Of a stretch of DNA of 64,000 nucleotides, positions 1 through 9,343 are shown one piece after another. A program made the position numbers and the translations under genes. Under the pieces are notes generated by a model, which ran no database searches, was not told the DNA's origin, and saw only the letters and a program-made list of their open reading frames with translations. Source of the DNA: a phage; the NCBI GenBank assembly GCA_024682255.1, contig GCA_024682255.1_4716.1; one strand, 5' to 3'. Positions within the stretch are counted from its first letter, which is position 1. Each line of letters starts with the position of its first letter.

Positions 1-212
1 AGCGAACGCGGGTTAAACGCTGGTGCAGATCCTTATCAGCAAGTTTCCATAAGGCGCTTTCACCCTTTTGGAGAAGCGAAGCGGATGTCTCGTAGTAAGG
101 AATCGCGGTGTTGTTGATTTCGTCACGGATTGATTCAAGTGCGTCAGCAACACCGGTGCGTTTAAAAAGCGGCTTCAAACCGCGAATGAATTCTTTAAAA
201 TCGATTGCCATG
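1..212 (-). CDS. hypothetical protein, N-terminal ~70 codons only (gene continues past left window edge)
   Basis: Stop-free minus-strand frame from window edge to an ATG near 212 (MAIDFKEFIRGLKPLF...); absent from ORF track because truncated. Confidence 0.3.
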
Positions 213-250
213 AGTGAGCACCTATGCTATTTCGAAACAGGTTGCGTGTA

Positions 251-1357
251 TTAACGAATCTGTGGGACGTTTCCGGTACGGAGCGCCTGGAGGATCGTCA
301 GAAGATCGGAACCCGAGGTTGACGAACTGTTGGATTTTTCCAGTTGCTTGAAGCTTACGGTGGTCCCTTGATCCAAGCTGTGGAAATAGAAGGTCACCAT
401 CTCTTCAGCTTCGTCGATGATGATCAACTGCATTGCGAGGGCTTCAGCCATGACTTTCTGACGTGTGGTATAGTCAGATAAACGACGTCCGATCTTACGC
501 TCGATGGCTTCCTGGTTAGCCTTAGAGATGATATAGGTGGAGGCGATGGCTCCAGAAGAAGGGATCTTTGTGCTCGCTGCAGCTTTTGCGGCATTGATGC
601 GTGCAGCATTAACAGCCTTGCGGATACCCTCTTTATCCATGCGTGAGATTTGTTTGTGTTCGCGAACCAGATCGCTAAGCAGGATCATATCGCTCCAGAA
701 AGACAGCTCACCGGCCATCATGCGATGCCAACGTGCTCGCCAGGTGTTCTGTGGACCACCGATCGCTAAAATCGACGCAAGCACTTCCGCTGGTGAACTT
801 GCGATACGCATGCTGATATTCAGCGGCATTTTCATCGTTGCTTGACCATCGGTCAGCGTCACGGTTAAGAACTTGCCGGTGACCGCGTTCGCATCTTTGT
901 TCAGCAATTCGATCGCAGCGTCGCTGGCTCCAACATCGGCGATATTTTTTTGTTTCCCCTGCAGGTTGAATCCTTTGTCATCAAGGAAAACAAGGCTTTT
1001 GCTATCCGCGCTTTCCAGCGCTAATTTAACAGCCTTATCCATCAGGTTAACGTTACGGTTTGGGTTCACACGACCCAGCGTTTTATCGACACTGATATTA
1101 CCCACCTGCATGATGGTGTTCAACGCCAGTAAATAGAACCCGGTATACATGTTTTCAGCGGTGCGCATGCAGTTGCCTAACGCATTGCGTGCGTCGCTAT
1201 AATACAACTCACGTTCAAAGATCAACGGCGCGATAACGCGTGAAGGTTGTGAGAGTTCAACCAGCGAACCTGGTTGGATAAGTTTATTAACTTCGTAGAC
1301 TTTAGCGATACCGGACGCAACAACGTTAACAGCGTCGGCAATTTCTGATGCTACCAT
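251..1357 (-). CDS. hypothetical protein (368 aa), possibly virion-associated
   Basis: Long ORF with ATG start and AAGGA Shine-Dalgarno about 9 nt upstream; no recognisable motif. Confidence 0.6.
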   Translation of the reverse strand: MVASEIADAVNVVASGIAKVYEVNKLIQPGSLVELSQPSRVIAPLIFERELYYSDARNALGNCMRTAENMYTGFYLLALNTIMQVGNISVDKTLGRVNPNRNVNLMDKAVKLALESADSKSLVFLDDKGFNLQGKQKNIADVGASDAAIELLNKDANAVTGKFLTVTLTDGQATMKMPLNISMRIASSPAEVLASILAIGGPQNTWRARWHRMMAGELSFWSDMILLSDLVREHKQISRMDKEGIRKAVNAARINAAKAAASTKIPSSGAIASTYIISKANQEAIERKIGRRLSDYTTRQKVMAEALAMQLIIIDEAEEMVTFYFHSLDQGTTVSFKQLEKSNSSSTSGSDLLTILQALRTGNVPQIR

Positions 1358-1391
1358 ATTGAAATCCTTATTTACAAATAAAGGAAAGAAA

Positions 1392-2597
1392 ATGTCTAAT
1401 TACTACGACCAAGCTATTCAAACCATTCAGGAGAATAATGCGTCGTTAACACCCGAAGCTGTGGAGGCAGCGGGCAATGCGGTGTTATTCACTGATTCGG
1501 ATTGGGCAATAGCGCGGAAGAATATTCGTACCAGTGTCGGTCAAGGGACATACGAGGACAGTATCGCCAGACGGTATCGGAATGTGTCACCTATTCCAGG
1601 GAACAGCCCGATTCCGATTAACCGCGATCATGCCGGTATTACCTTCTTTACACGACCTAATTTACATCTTACCGACGCGAACTTAAAACGAGATCGACGT
1701 TTGTGGTCGTTACGCACGGATAACCCTAACAGTATTCAGGCTGTTGTCCGCGACTACTTGGACCCTGTGGGTGCCAGAAAGCGGAACCATCGAGGACGTG
1801 CCATCGTCGATGAGCGCAATCCATTCATAAGTATACTGACGGACAACCTGACGGATATCAGCGGTTTCAATGACATGGAAATGCAGGTCTATCAAGGCAA
1901 ACCGGGATTACGCCAAGAAACCGTTGTGATGGCTGACGGCTCAGTGGATATGTTTCAACCCTATAACCTGAACGCGACGTTCAAGAACATCATGGGTAAC
2001 CCCATCATGTTCCTTCATTATATTTGGTTGATTTACATCGCTGGTGTGCATAATGGCGAACTGACGCCAAGCCCTCAGGCCATCATTGATAATGAAATGG
2101 ATTACTGGACAAGATGTTATCGCATCATCCTGGATCCAACTGGGATGTATGTTCGTTATATCTTCGCACCGACCGCGATGTTTCCTGTCGGGTTACCGAT
2201 CGGTAATATGGCCAACTACAGCATCGATAAACCCTTCACGCAAGATAACGAACGTATCACTATCCCATACCAAGCGGTTGGTAACAACGCATTCGATGAA
2301 ATTCTGAAGGATGAATTCAATCGCCTTGTCCTGATGTTCTATTACGGTGAGAACGATACCCGTACGTTCCTTGAAGATGAGGAGTTGGTACCTATCTCAC
2401 CCTATGAGCGTCGAATCATGTCATATCGTGTCGATATGTATCCATTTATTCATCCGTTGACCTCAGAGCTTCTTTGGTTCGTACCCGCTGATGATTACAA
2501 CGAATTCTATCTGGATCTTGAGCCGTCGGCGTTACCACCGGATACGTTCAGTCGCGATCTTGTCCGAACCACCATTCCGCAAAATTACGAGGGATAA
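1392..2597 (+). CDS. hypothetical protein (401 aa)
   Basis: ORF track frame 1359..2597 begins at a TTG; first ATG at 1392 is preceded by AAGGAAAG; divergent from the 251..1357 gene. Confidence 0.6.
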   Translation: MSNYYDQAIQTIQENNASLTPEAVEAAGNAVLFTDSDWAIARKNIRTSVGQGTYEDSIARRYRNVSPIPGNSPIPINRDHAGITFFTRPNLHLTDANLKRDRRLWSLRTDNPNSIQAVVRDYLDPVGARKRNHRGRAIVDERNPFISILTDNLTDISGFNDMEMQVYQGKPGLRQETVVMADGSVDMFQPYNLNATFKNIMGNPIMFLHYIWLIYIAGVHNGELTPSPQAIIDNEMDYWTRCYRIILDPTGMYVRYIFAPTAMFPVGLPIGNMANYSIDKPFTQDNERITIPYQAVGNNAFDEILKDEFNRLVLMFYYGENDTRTFLEDEELVPISPYERRIMSYRVDMYPFIHPLTSELLWFVPADDYNEFYLDLEPSALPPDTFSRDLVRTTIPQNYEG

Positions 2598-2600
2598 TAA

Positions 2601-5594
2601 ATGAGCGTAACCAACAAAGATCTTGCTGAACAGCTCAATCGCTATATGCTTTCACCTATTGAAATGCAGGCTGTTGCAAGCGATATGATCCGTTTGGCCT
2701 CTGATGGCGAGTTAACCCTGGTTGACCCCAGCTGTCCGTTTGTTTATCTGCTGGAGGTTGCAACAGCAACGGCTGCGAACCAGAACGCGCGGGATGAGTC
2801 CCGTGTTCGCGAACTGTATCCGAAGCTTGCAACGAACTGGAACCAGCTCTATCGTTGGATGTATGATGAGTCGTACGTCGGACGTTTCGCAATGCCGGGT
2901 AAAACGGAAATCATTTATTCGTTAGGGTATCAGGAAATCCTCGATCGTGCGGTAGAAATTCCAAACAACGCCACCTCCGATGATTTAAGCCGTTCTTACA
3001 GCCGTAAGTTAGTGATACCACGTACGACGGCGTTTACGGTAGCCGGAATGGATTTCGGATTGCATTATCCCATCGAAATCCAGGTGCAAGCGCACGACCA
3101 GATCCGTGTCGTTTATAACACTGATAACATCAGCCCGCTGCAAACCTTGGAGAGTAACCAAGTTGAGTACGGGGTTGTTCGTGTAAAAGCGGGTAAAGTG
3201 TTGGTGATGCGTATCCCGCTGTTCCAGTTTAAAACGCTGGTAAAAGATGTACCGTTTAACAGCGTTCACGGGATGAACAGCAGCATTACCTTCGAAGATC
3301 AGTTTTACCACTGTCGTGCGTACATGTCGTCGGATAACGATACCTGGACGGAGATAGCGACAACACACAGTCAGCAGATCTACGATCCGTTAACACCAAC
3401 TATCGCGTTACAAGTAGAAGGGAACAAACTTAACTGGCGTGTTCCTGAAATTTATTTGTCTCAAGGTACGATGGATAAAAGCACCATTCGACTCGAGGTG
3501 TTGACGACGAAAGGGAAAATCAGCGTCGACCCGTCTGATTACGACGTGACCGATTGGAAAGATAACTACATCGATTTGTCACCAAAAGCCGAACAGAAAT
3601 ACAGTGCTCCACTAAGCGCGTTCAACATTAAAGGGATTTATAGCGAAGGGGCATTGTCGGGTGGACGATCTGCGTTAACGTTCGAGGAACAACGTGAACG
3701 TGTTATGGCGGGCGTGAACAAAACCAAGGTGCCGATCACAGGAACGCAGGTAGAGCTGGTGCTTCAAGATGCGGGTTATGGGATGGTGACCACCATCGAT
3801 AACGTAACCAATCGTTCGTTCCTGGCAACCCGAGATTTACCGCAATTGAGCGACAGCGTGCCGCAAGCCGGTTCGTTGATGGGGTCTTTCTATACGTCAG
3901 CTGCAGCATTGGTGAAAAGTAAGTTTGTCGCTGATAACGGCGATCGTATTACGATTAAACCGGATTGCTTGTATCGTGACAGTAACGGAAGTATCGCACT
4001 GTTGTCGGACGATGAAATTGACCGTATTAATGCAGGCAACTCCGATGCGAAGTTGAACGCGGTAAACAACGCCATGTTGTTTTACAGTCCGTTTCATTAC
4101 GTATTAGACGCAACAAGCGATTTCGACATCCATGCTTATTACCTGGATGCCCCTAAGATCGGCACACAAGCATTCCTCGACGCGAACGAGACAATCCCGT
4201 TAACCGCTATGGTGACCGGATACCGTCTGGATCGTATCGCTGAAGGATATCGTCTAAGCCTCATTGTAGAAGGTAACGACGCATGGAAGGCGCTCGACGA
4301 TAAAAACGTGCATATCCAGCTGGGGTTCAATCCGCGGGGTGAGGGTGATTATGCGACGATGTTGGCGTCACCGACAACCGATGAACAAGGTCGTCGTTTG
4401 TTCACCTTCGATATCACCACGAATTATGATTTTACGCGGATCCTGGCCGATGATTCCACGGCGTATGAACCGTATATCGCATTGACCTCTTTCTCGATGT
4501 ATGAATCGACACCGCGGGATTATTGGGCATCACTGCAGCAGTACCTGGAAATATTCCATGTGGTGACGGATTACGCACCGGAAGATGTCGACGGTATTTT
4601 ACACAGTGCTTCCGATAATTACCTGGTTAAGAAACTCACGCTTCAAAATGGGTATTGTTTCTACCGTGAACGTCTCACCGCAACCTTTGGTTATGATCTG
4701 GACGGTCTTTGGATGCGCTCTCGTACGGTGGCCTCGGAGATTACGTATAAACGTTACACCGAGAACATCCCGTGGGTGTATGATGAAGATATTCCAGCGA
4801 CGGATGAGACCGGTTCGGTTATCATCGAGCAAGGTGATGATGGTACGTTGTCGGTTAAATATCTACATCGTAAAGGTGACCCGAAATTAAACAGTGATGG
4901 AAGCCAAGCCTATCGTTATCTGAAAGGCGACATCATGAAAGATAATTACGGTAATCCGATCCCTGTCGATGAACGTGAAGTTCTGCGTAACCTGGACATG
5001 TTCTTTATTGATGCGTCGTATCTGCTCGCGAACGATACGGACGTGATTGACTATCGTAACACGATTCCTACTCAGCTTATCGAGTGGATCCAGAACGATA
5101 TCAGCACGTTCAAGAATTTCTGTTATGAGGAAACAGCGATTTCACTGTATCCTAAGCAATCGCTGGGGTATGTGGATGTTATTGTGGAAAACGGATTGGA
5201 AACAACGCTTCCTGCTGCCTTATCGTTCAACGTGACGCTTTACTTACCGGCTAAGCAATACGCAGACTTGGATCTACGTCAAGTCCTTCAAGCGATGGTA
5301 TCGAAAGTCATCAATGAATGTTTAACATCCCGTACAGTGGCTAAAGCAGAAATGATCGCGATGATTCGTGAGGAGGGTGGCGACGACATCCTGAACGTTG
5401 AAATCGATGATTTTGGACCAGGTAAGAACCTCAGTGTTTATACCGCGAAGAACGATGGTGTTCGTTGTGCGGTGAAGAAAGAGCTTTATGTTAAAGCGGA
5501 TGGTATCTTGTCCGTACGCGAAGCGATTGATGTGAATTTTGTGAAACACGCACAAAGCAACAGTTCAGCGCTAGCGGAAGGCCTTCGTGTCTAA
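2601..5594 (+). CDS. large hypothetical protein (997 aa), virion-type
   Basis: Long ORF, ATG 4 nt after the preceding stop, GAGGGA upstream; no catalytic motif recognised. Confidence 0.65.
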   Translation: MSVTNKDLAEQLNRYMLSPIEMQAVASDMIRLASDGELTLVDPSCPFVYLLEVATATAANQNARDESRVRELYPKLATNWNQLYRWMYDESYVGRFAMPGKTEIIYSLGYQEILDRAVEIPNNATSDDLSRSYSRKLVIPRTTAFTVAGMDFGLHYPIEIQVQAHDQIRVVYNTDNISPLQTLESNQVEYGVVRVKAGKVLVMRIPLFQFKTLVKDVPFNSVHGMNSSITFEDQFYHCRAYMSSDNDTWTEIATTHSQQIYDPLTPTIALQVEGNKLNWRVPEIYLSQGTMDKSTIRLEVLTTKGKISVDPSDYDVTDWKDNYIDLSPKAEQKYSAPLSAFNIKGIYSEGALSGGRSALTFEEQRERVMAGVNKTKVPITGTQVELVLQDAGYGMVTTIDNVTNRSFLATRDLPQLSDSVPQAGSLMGSFYTSAAALVKSKFVADNGDRITIKPDCLYRDSNGSIALLSDDEIDRINAGNSDAKLNAVNNAMLFYSPFHYVLDATSDFDIHAYYLDAPKIGTQAFLDANETIPLTAMVTGYRLDRIAEGYRLSLIVEGNDAWKALDDKNVHIQLGFNPRGEGDYATMLASPTTDEQGRRLFTFDITTNYDFTRILADDSTAYEPYIALTSFSMYESTPRDYWASLQQYLEIFHVVTDYAPEDVDGILHSASDNYLVKKLTLQNGYCFYRERLTATFGYDLDGLWMRSRTVASEITYKRYTENIPWVYDEDIPATDETGSVIIEQGDDGTLSVKYLHRKGDPKLNSDGSQAYRYLKGDIMKDNYGNPIPVDEREVLRNLDMFFIDASYLLANDTDVIDYRNTIPTQLIEWIQNDISTFKNFCYEETAISLYPKQSLGYVDVIVENGLETTLPAALSFNVTLYLPAKQYADLDLRQVLQAMVSKVINECLTSRTVAKAEMIAMIREEGGDDILNVEIDDFGPGKNLSVYTAKNDGVRCAVKKELYVKADGILSVREAIDVNFVKHAQSNSSALAEGLRV

Positions 5595-5615
5595 AACAAA
5601 ATAGCATGAGCATAA

Positions 5616-5647
5616 CCCTCCTCCAACCCAACAGGGAAGGAGGAGGG
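5616..5647. terminator. bidirectional hairpin terminator (CCCTCCTCC / GGAGGAGGG stem)
   Basis: Perfect 9-bp GC-rich stem with 14-nt loop containing an inner CCC/GGG mini-stem, between convergent genes ending at 5594 and 5657. Confidence 0.6.
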
Positions 5648-5656
5648 AATATGCTG

Positions 5657-8600
5657 TTATCTTACGTTATTGCTATTCTGCTGTTCGCTGAACCAACCAT
5701 ACACCTTGAGATCGGTACCGTATTTCAATGCGATATACGCATTCAGCGCAGCACAGAACAAAGACGCGAATGCCCATATCAGCGAAGGATCAACATCTTC
5801 CGTTACCACCTGGAGAGTATTATCCGGTTCCCATGATGGAGAACTGTCCATGAACGTTGCGTACCATCCCCGCCGTTGTTCTTCGGTGGTAAAGTCGCTA
5901 TGAGGTTCCAACGCTTCTTTTGCCAGACGTCGATATTCGAACATATGCGTTGCTAAAGCCGATGAGTTACCAGATTCGCCTTCATAGTTCGGATCCACCG
6001 CATAACAGAGTTCTGTTGAATCTAACAAAGCAACCGCCTGTGTGATGCTGTCGGCAGTACCTGCACCATAGAGCTCGATAGACCGCGAAAGCTTTTCACA
6101 GAACGTATTTAACGCGGCAGGATTGGACACCTGAAGGTCAAGGCCTAATGTCCACGGATAGTTACTGAACACACCCGTGAACCGCGGCATAACACCCAAC
6201 AGATGCTGACCGATTACGGCACGGTTATAAACAGCCCGGTTATAGACTTGAAACGCAGCCTCCAAGGCTTGGTTATAATGACGACGAAGTTCATCACGTG
6301 AGTTGCGGAATCTGTTTGCCGCAAGACTCGTGGCTGCGACGCTACAAACATCGTAATTGGTGGACGAAAGCACAACCTCGTTAAGATCGAACGCTTCCTG
6401 TTTCAATGTTCCGCTAACAGCCGCCGCTTCGCTGTTCGCTTTATCGACAACAGTACTCAAGGCGTTGATGTAACGTTTAGCTCGGACTTCCAGCCACTGT
6501 GCGATGCCGAGAATATCCACCGCAGCTTTAGCAAGATCGCGTGCATTCACGATTTCGTTCTTCAACGCCCCTAAACCTTTATTCTCAGGCGAAGAGGCTT
6601 GTTGGCGAATCATGCTGTTCAACATGGTAAGCAGATTATCCAACTCATGTCCACTGACCTTGTTACGCGCATCGGTAATCGGCCCTTGCAGGAATTTACG
6701 GCAACCGTCGTTGTATCGAATCAGTTTATCCACATCGATAGATTCGTTCGTGGATTCCTTGAACTGATCCTTCAATTCTTCACGGTAGTCGTGGATTTCA
6801 CTTGCGAGATTGTCGATAGTGATACCATCATGTCCAAGAAGAACTTTATCGAAGTTACCTTTCTCGAATGCCAGAGCAAGACCTTCACGAATCTTAGCGA
6901 GTTTATCTTGATCGAGTTCACGCCCGTTCGATAGCTCTTTCACTTCCGAACTGATTAGTGCCGCAACGTTACCCAGATTGTCGGTAACGCCTTTGAACGC
7001 TCCCGACCAGATCGTTCCTGCTTCAGCGTATTTCGCAATGGTCTGAATACCGACGGTGTGCAACGACGCTAAACGTTTCTTCGTGCCTTCGGTAAGCAGA
7101 GCGTCTTTAGCTCGTGTAAGCTGACTGTTATTGGCTTCCGCCTGCTGAATCGCTGCTTTCGCACTTCCATTACGCCAGCTCTTAACCAGCCAATCGACCA
7201 AACGTTTTAGAATGTTGACGGTGTATTCCATCGTCCGCCGTAACGTTTCCCACGCGCTTTCTGCGGTATAGATGCCGTACCCTTCCATCTTCAACGCTTT
7301 CAAGCTTGTTTGACGTGCCAACCATTCTACCGTTGCAGAACAAACGTTTACTAATGCTTCTAGGTAGTTGTAATAGACGTCTGTTGCAGCCGTTTCGTTG
7401 AGCTTTGAATGCAGATAAAACTGATCGTAAAGTTCGTCGTCATCGCCGAAGGCATCGTAGTTCCACAGCTCAGTATCGCAGCCTGTGCCGCAGAAGACGT
7501 CTGCTGTTGTAAACTCTTTAAGCGCTTTAGCCGCATCATTCGTCAGGAATTTACCTGTTTCAACTACATCATCGACGTTAAGCTTGGGGAGTTCATCGGT
7601 AACTGGCTCTTGCAACATTAACGTGTTGAAGAATGCGCTGTACTTGTATCCGAGCCATTTTGGATAACTGCTTTCAGGTATCGTAGACAACGGCTTGATT
7701 TTCTTGGCTTCAGCCAGCGTGTCTTTTGCAACCTGATATTGGTTTTCCCCAGCCTTGATGCGTCGTAACGCTTTTTCTTCCAACTGCTGGAGTTTGGCAT
7801 GCCGTGCTTGTGCTGGAGCTTCAACGAGTTTTTGTACCGACTGCATTGCTGAAATCGCTTCTTTTAATACGATCATCGGCATACGAACTTTGCCGTCGTC
7901 AAAACTAAGAGCACGAGCGACACGCTTACTTACGACAGGTTTGTCGTGGATATTTCGTTCCACCCACGATTTGTTTGCGTAAGTTTGAGCGATTTGCTGT
8001 TGGATATTTTCAAGGTATTTCCAGCTTTTGGATGCCTTGCTATCCAAAAGCGGATTCGGTCCCTTCTTATCGAAAAGTTTCAGAATCGGATCAAAGAAAC
8101 CTTCCTGTACAAGATCGATACGTGTATATCCGTCAGCCGCTTCGATTTCTTCTTGGGTTTTATCCCAAAGCTCTTCGCTACGGATAGCAGTAGCGGTTTC
8201 AGATACCGACATAACAAGCTCAGCAACAGCTTCAGCGTAAGTCAGTACGGTACGCACACATTGCACTAACATGCGCTGGTAAACGATACGTGCGTTTTGC
8301 AGACGTGCGATAACCGCTAAATATCCGATGTTGTCAAGATTTTCATCGGCTTGAGCGGATTCAACGCGTTCTAACAGTTGTTTAACTAGCGCCGCTGTTT
8401 CTGGGTAATCGTTCACGACGTCACGCATGATTCGTGATGCGAAAACCGCGGTACCTAAAACGGTGAGAAGTGTTTTACCGTCCCATTCTTTCGGTGCTGC
8501 TACCGATTCAGTAGGGATGAGATTTCCCGCTTGGTCGAAGTACGGCATAAGGACATTGATATCAGTCGACGGAACAGCAGTAACTGCGTTGTACTCTTCA

Positions 8601-9262
8601 TCCGCGCCATCGTTGCCAGACGGCTGTAAAGCAAGTGCTTGCTCAAGGATTTTGCGGTCAACGGCATAAAGCGCCGACAGAGCTTGCGTTACCGCAACCA
8701 GATCAACAATCGGTGACCAGAGCTGTGCGAGCTTACCTTCGTATTTCTGTACAGCGATAGCAAGGTCTTCTTTTACGTCTGGATGATCGATCAAACCACC
8801 CAACGTTTCATGGATGGCAGAAAAACGTTCAGAATGTGCCTGAGTCAATGCGGTAAAATCGTCAACGTAAGACGCATTTTCTTCAAGGCGTGTAAGTTCC
8901 TGCTCCAGAAGATCTTTTACCTGCGTGGTAGAGGCGTTTCTCAACTGTTCCCCGATAATCGCGATGGCTTTATCGACAACACGGCAGGCTTCATTGAAAC
9001 CGGTTGTTGAAGGTAACTCGGTCCATAATGCCAGCGGCTTACCTTCCATTGCGTCAGGAAGGGAATATGACAGCATTGTTAGTTGTTGACGTGATACCTG
9101 TTTGTCACGATGCAATGTTTCTTTCAACGCCAGAAGCTCATCAAGACCCACACTGCTAGGGATCGTGGGATGTGATACAGCGTTGATATTTTCTGTCAAT
9201 GACTCAAGAACCAATAAACCATTTTCAGCGGAAGATAACCCTGCTTTAAGGTATTTGTTCAT
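5657..9262 (-). CDS. giant alpha-helical hypothetical protein (1201 aa), likely virion internal/structural
   Basis: Long ORF, ATG start with GGAG 6 nt upstream; A/L/E/K-rich composition suggesting extended helices. Confidence 0.65.
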   Translation of the reverse strand: MNKYLKAGLSSAENGLLVLESLTENINAVSHPTIPSSVGLDELLALKETLHRDKQVSRQQLTMLSYSLPDAMEGKPLALWTELPSTTGFNEACRVVDKAIAIIGEQLRNASTTQVKDLLEQELTRLEENASYVDDFTALTQAHSERFSAIHETLGGLIDHPDVKEDLAIAVQKYEGKLAQLWSPIVDLVAVTQALSALYAVDRKILEQALALQPSGNDGADEEYNAVTAVPSTDINVLMPYFDQAGNLIPTESVAAPKEWDGKTLLTVLGTAVFASRIMRDVVNDYPETAALVKQLLERVESAQADENLDNIGYLAVIARLQNARIVYQRMLVQCVRTVLTYAEAVAELVMSVSETATAIRSEELWDKTQEEIEAADGYTRIDLVQEGFFDPILKLFDKKGPNPLLDSKASKSWKYLENIQQQIAQTYANKSWVERNIHDKPVVSKRVARALSFDDGKVRMPMIVLKEAISAMQSVQKLVEAPAQARHAKLQQLEEKALRRIKAGENQYQVAKDTLAEAKKIKPLSTIPESSYPKWLGYKYSAFFNTLMLQEPVTDELPKLNVDDVVETGKFLTNDAAKALKEFTTADVFCGTGCDTELWNYDAFGDDDELYDQFYLHSKLNETAATDVYYNYLEALVNVCSATVEWLARQTSLKALKMEGYGIYTAESAWETLRRTMEYTVNILKRLVDWLVKSWRNGSAKAAIQQAEANNSQLTRAKDALLTEGTKKRLASLHTVGIQTIAKYAEAGTIWSGAFKGVTDNLGNVAALISSEVKELSNGRELDQDKLAKIREGLALAFEKGNFDKVLLGHDGITIDNLASEIHDYREELKDQFKESTNESIDVDKLIRYNDGCRKFLQGPITDARNKVSGHELDNLLTMLNSMIRQQASSPENKGLGALKNEIVNARDLAKAAVDILGIAQWLEVRAKRYINALSTVVDKANSEAAAVSGTLKQEAFDLNEVVLSSTNYDVCSVAATSLAANRFRNSRDELRRHYNQALEAAFQVYNRAVYNRAVIGQHLLGVMPRFTGVFSNYPWTLGLDLQVSNPAALNTFCEKLSRSIELYGAGTADSITQAVALLDSTELCYAVDPNYEGESGNSSALATHMFEYRRLAKEALEPHSDFTTEEQRRGWYATFMDSSPSWEPDNTLQVVTEDVDPSLIWAFASLFCAALNAYIALKYGTDLKVYGWFSEQQNSNNVR

Positions 9263-9277
9263 AAAACACTCCGTTGA

Positions 9278-9308
9278 CCTAGGTGGAGGTTATTGGCCTC
9301 CACCTAGG
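9278..9308 (-). promoter_or_regulatory. perfect 12-bp stem hairpin immediately upstream of the 1201-aa gene
   Basis: CCTAGGTGGAGG ... CCTCCACCTAGG with 7-nt loop, ending about 15 nt before the start codon at 9262; possible terminator/attenuator or processing site between two co-oriented giant genes. Confidence 0.5.
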
Positions 9309-9343
9309 GTTGAACAACGCGTACGGTTATACGGTACGCACGA

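Noticed and set aside
424-1136. Plus and minus small ORFs 424..609, 537..845 and 873..1136
   Set aside because: All are embedded within or antisense to the 368-aa gene 251..1357 and lack start signals.
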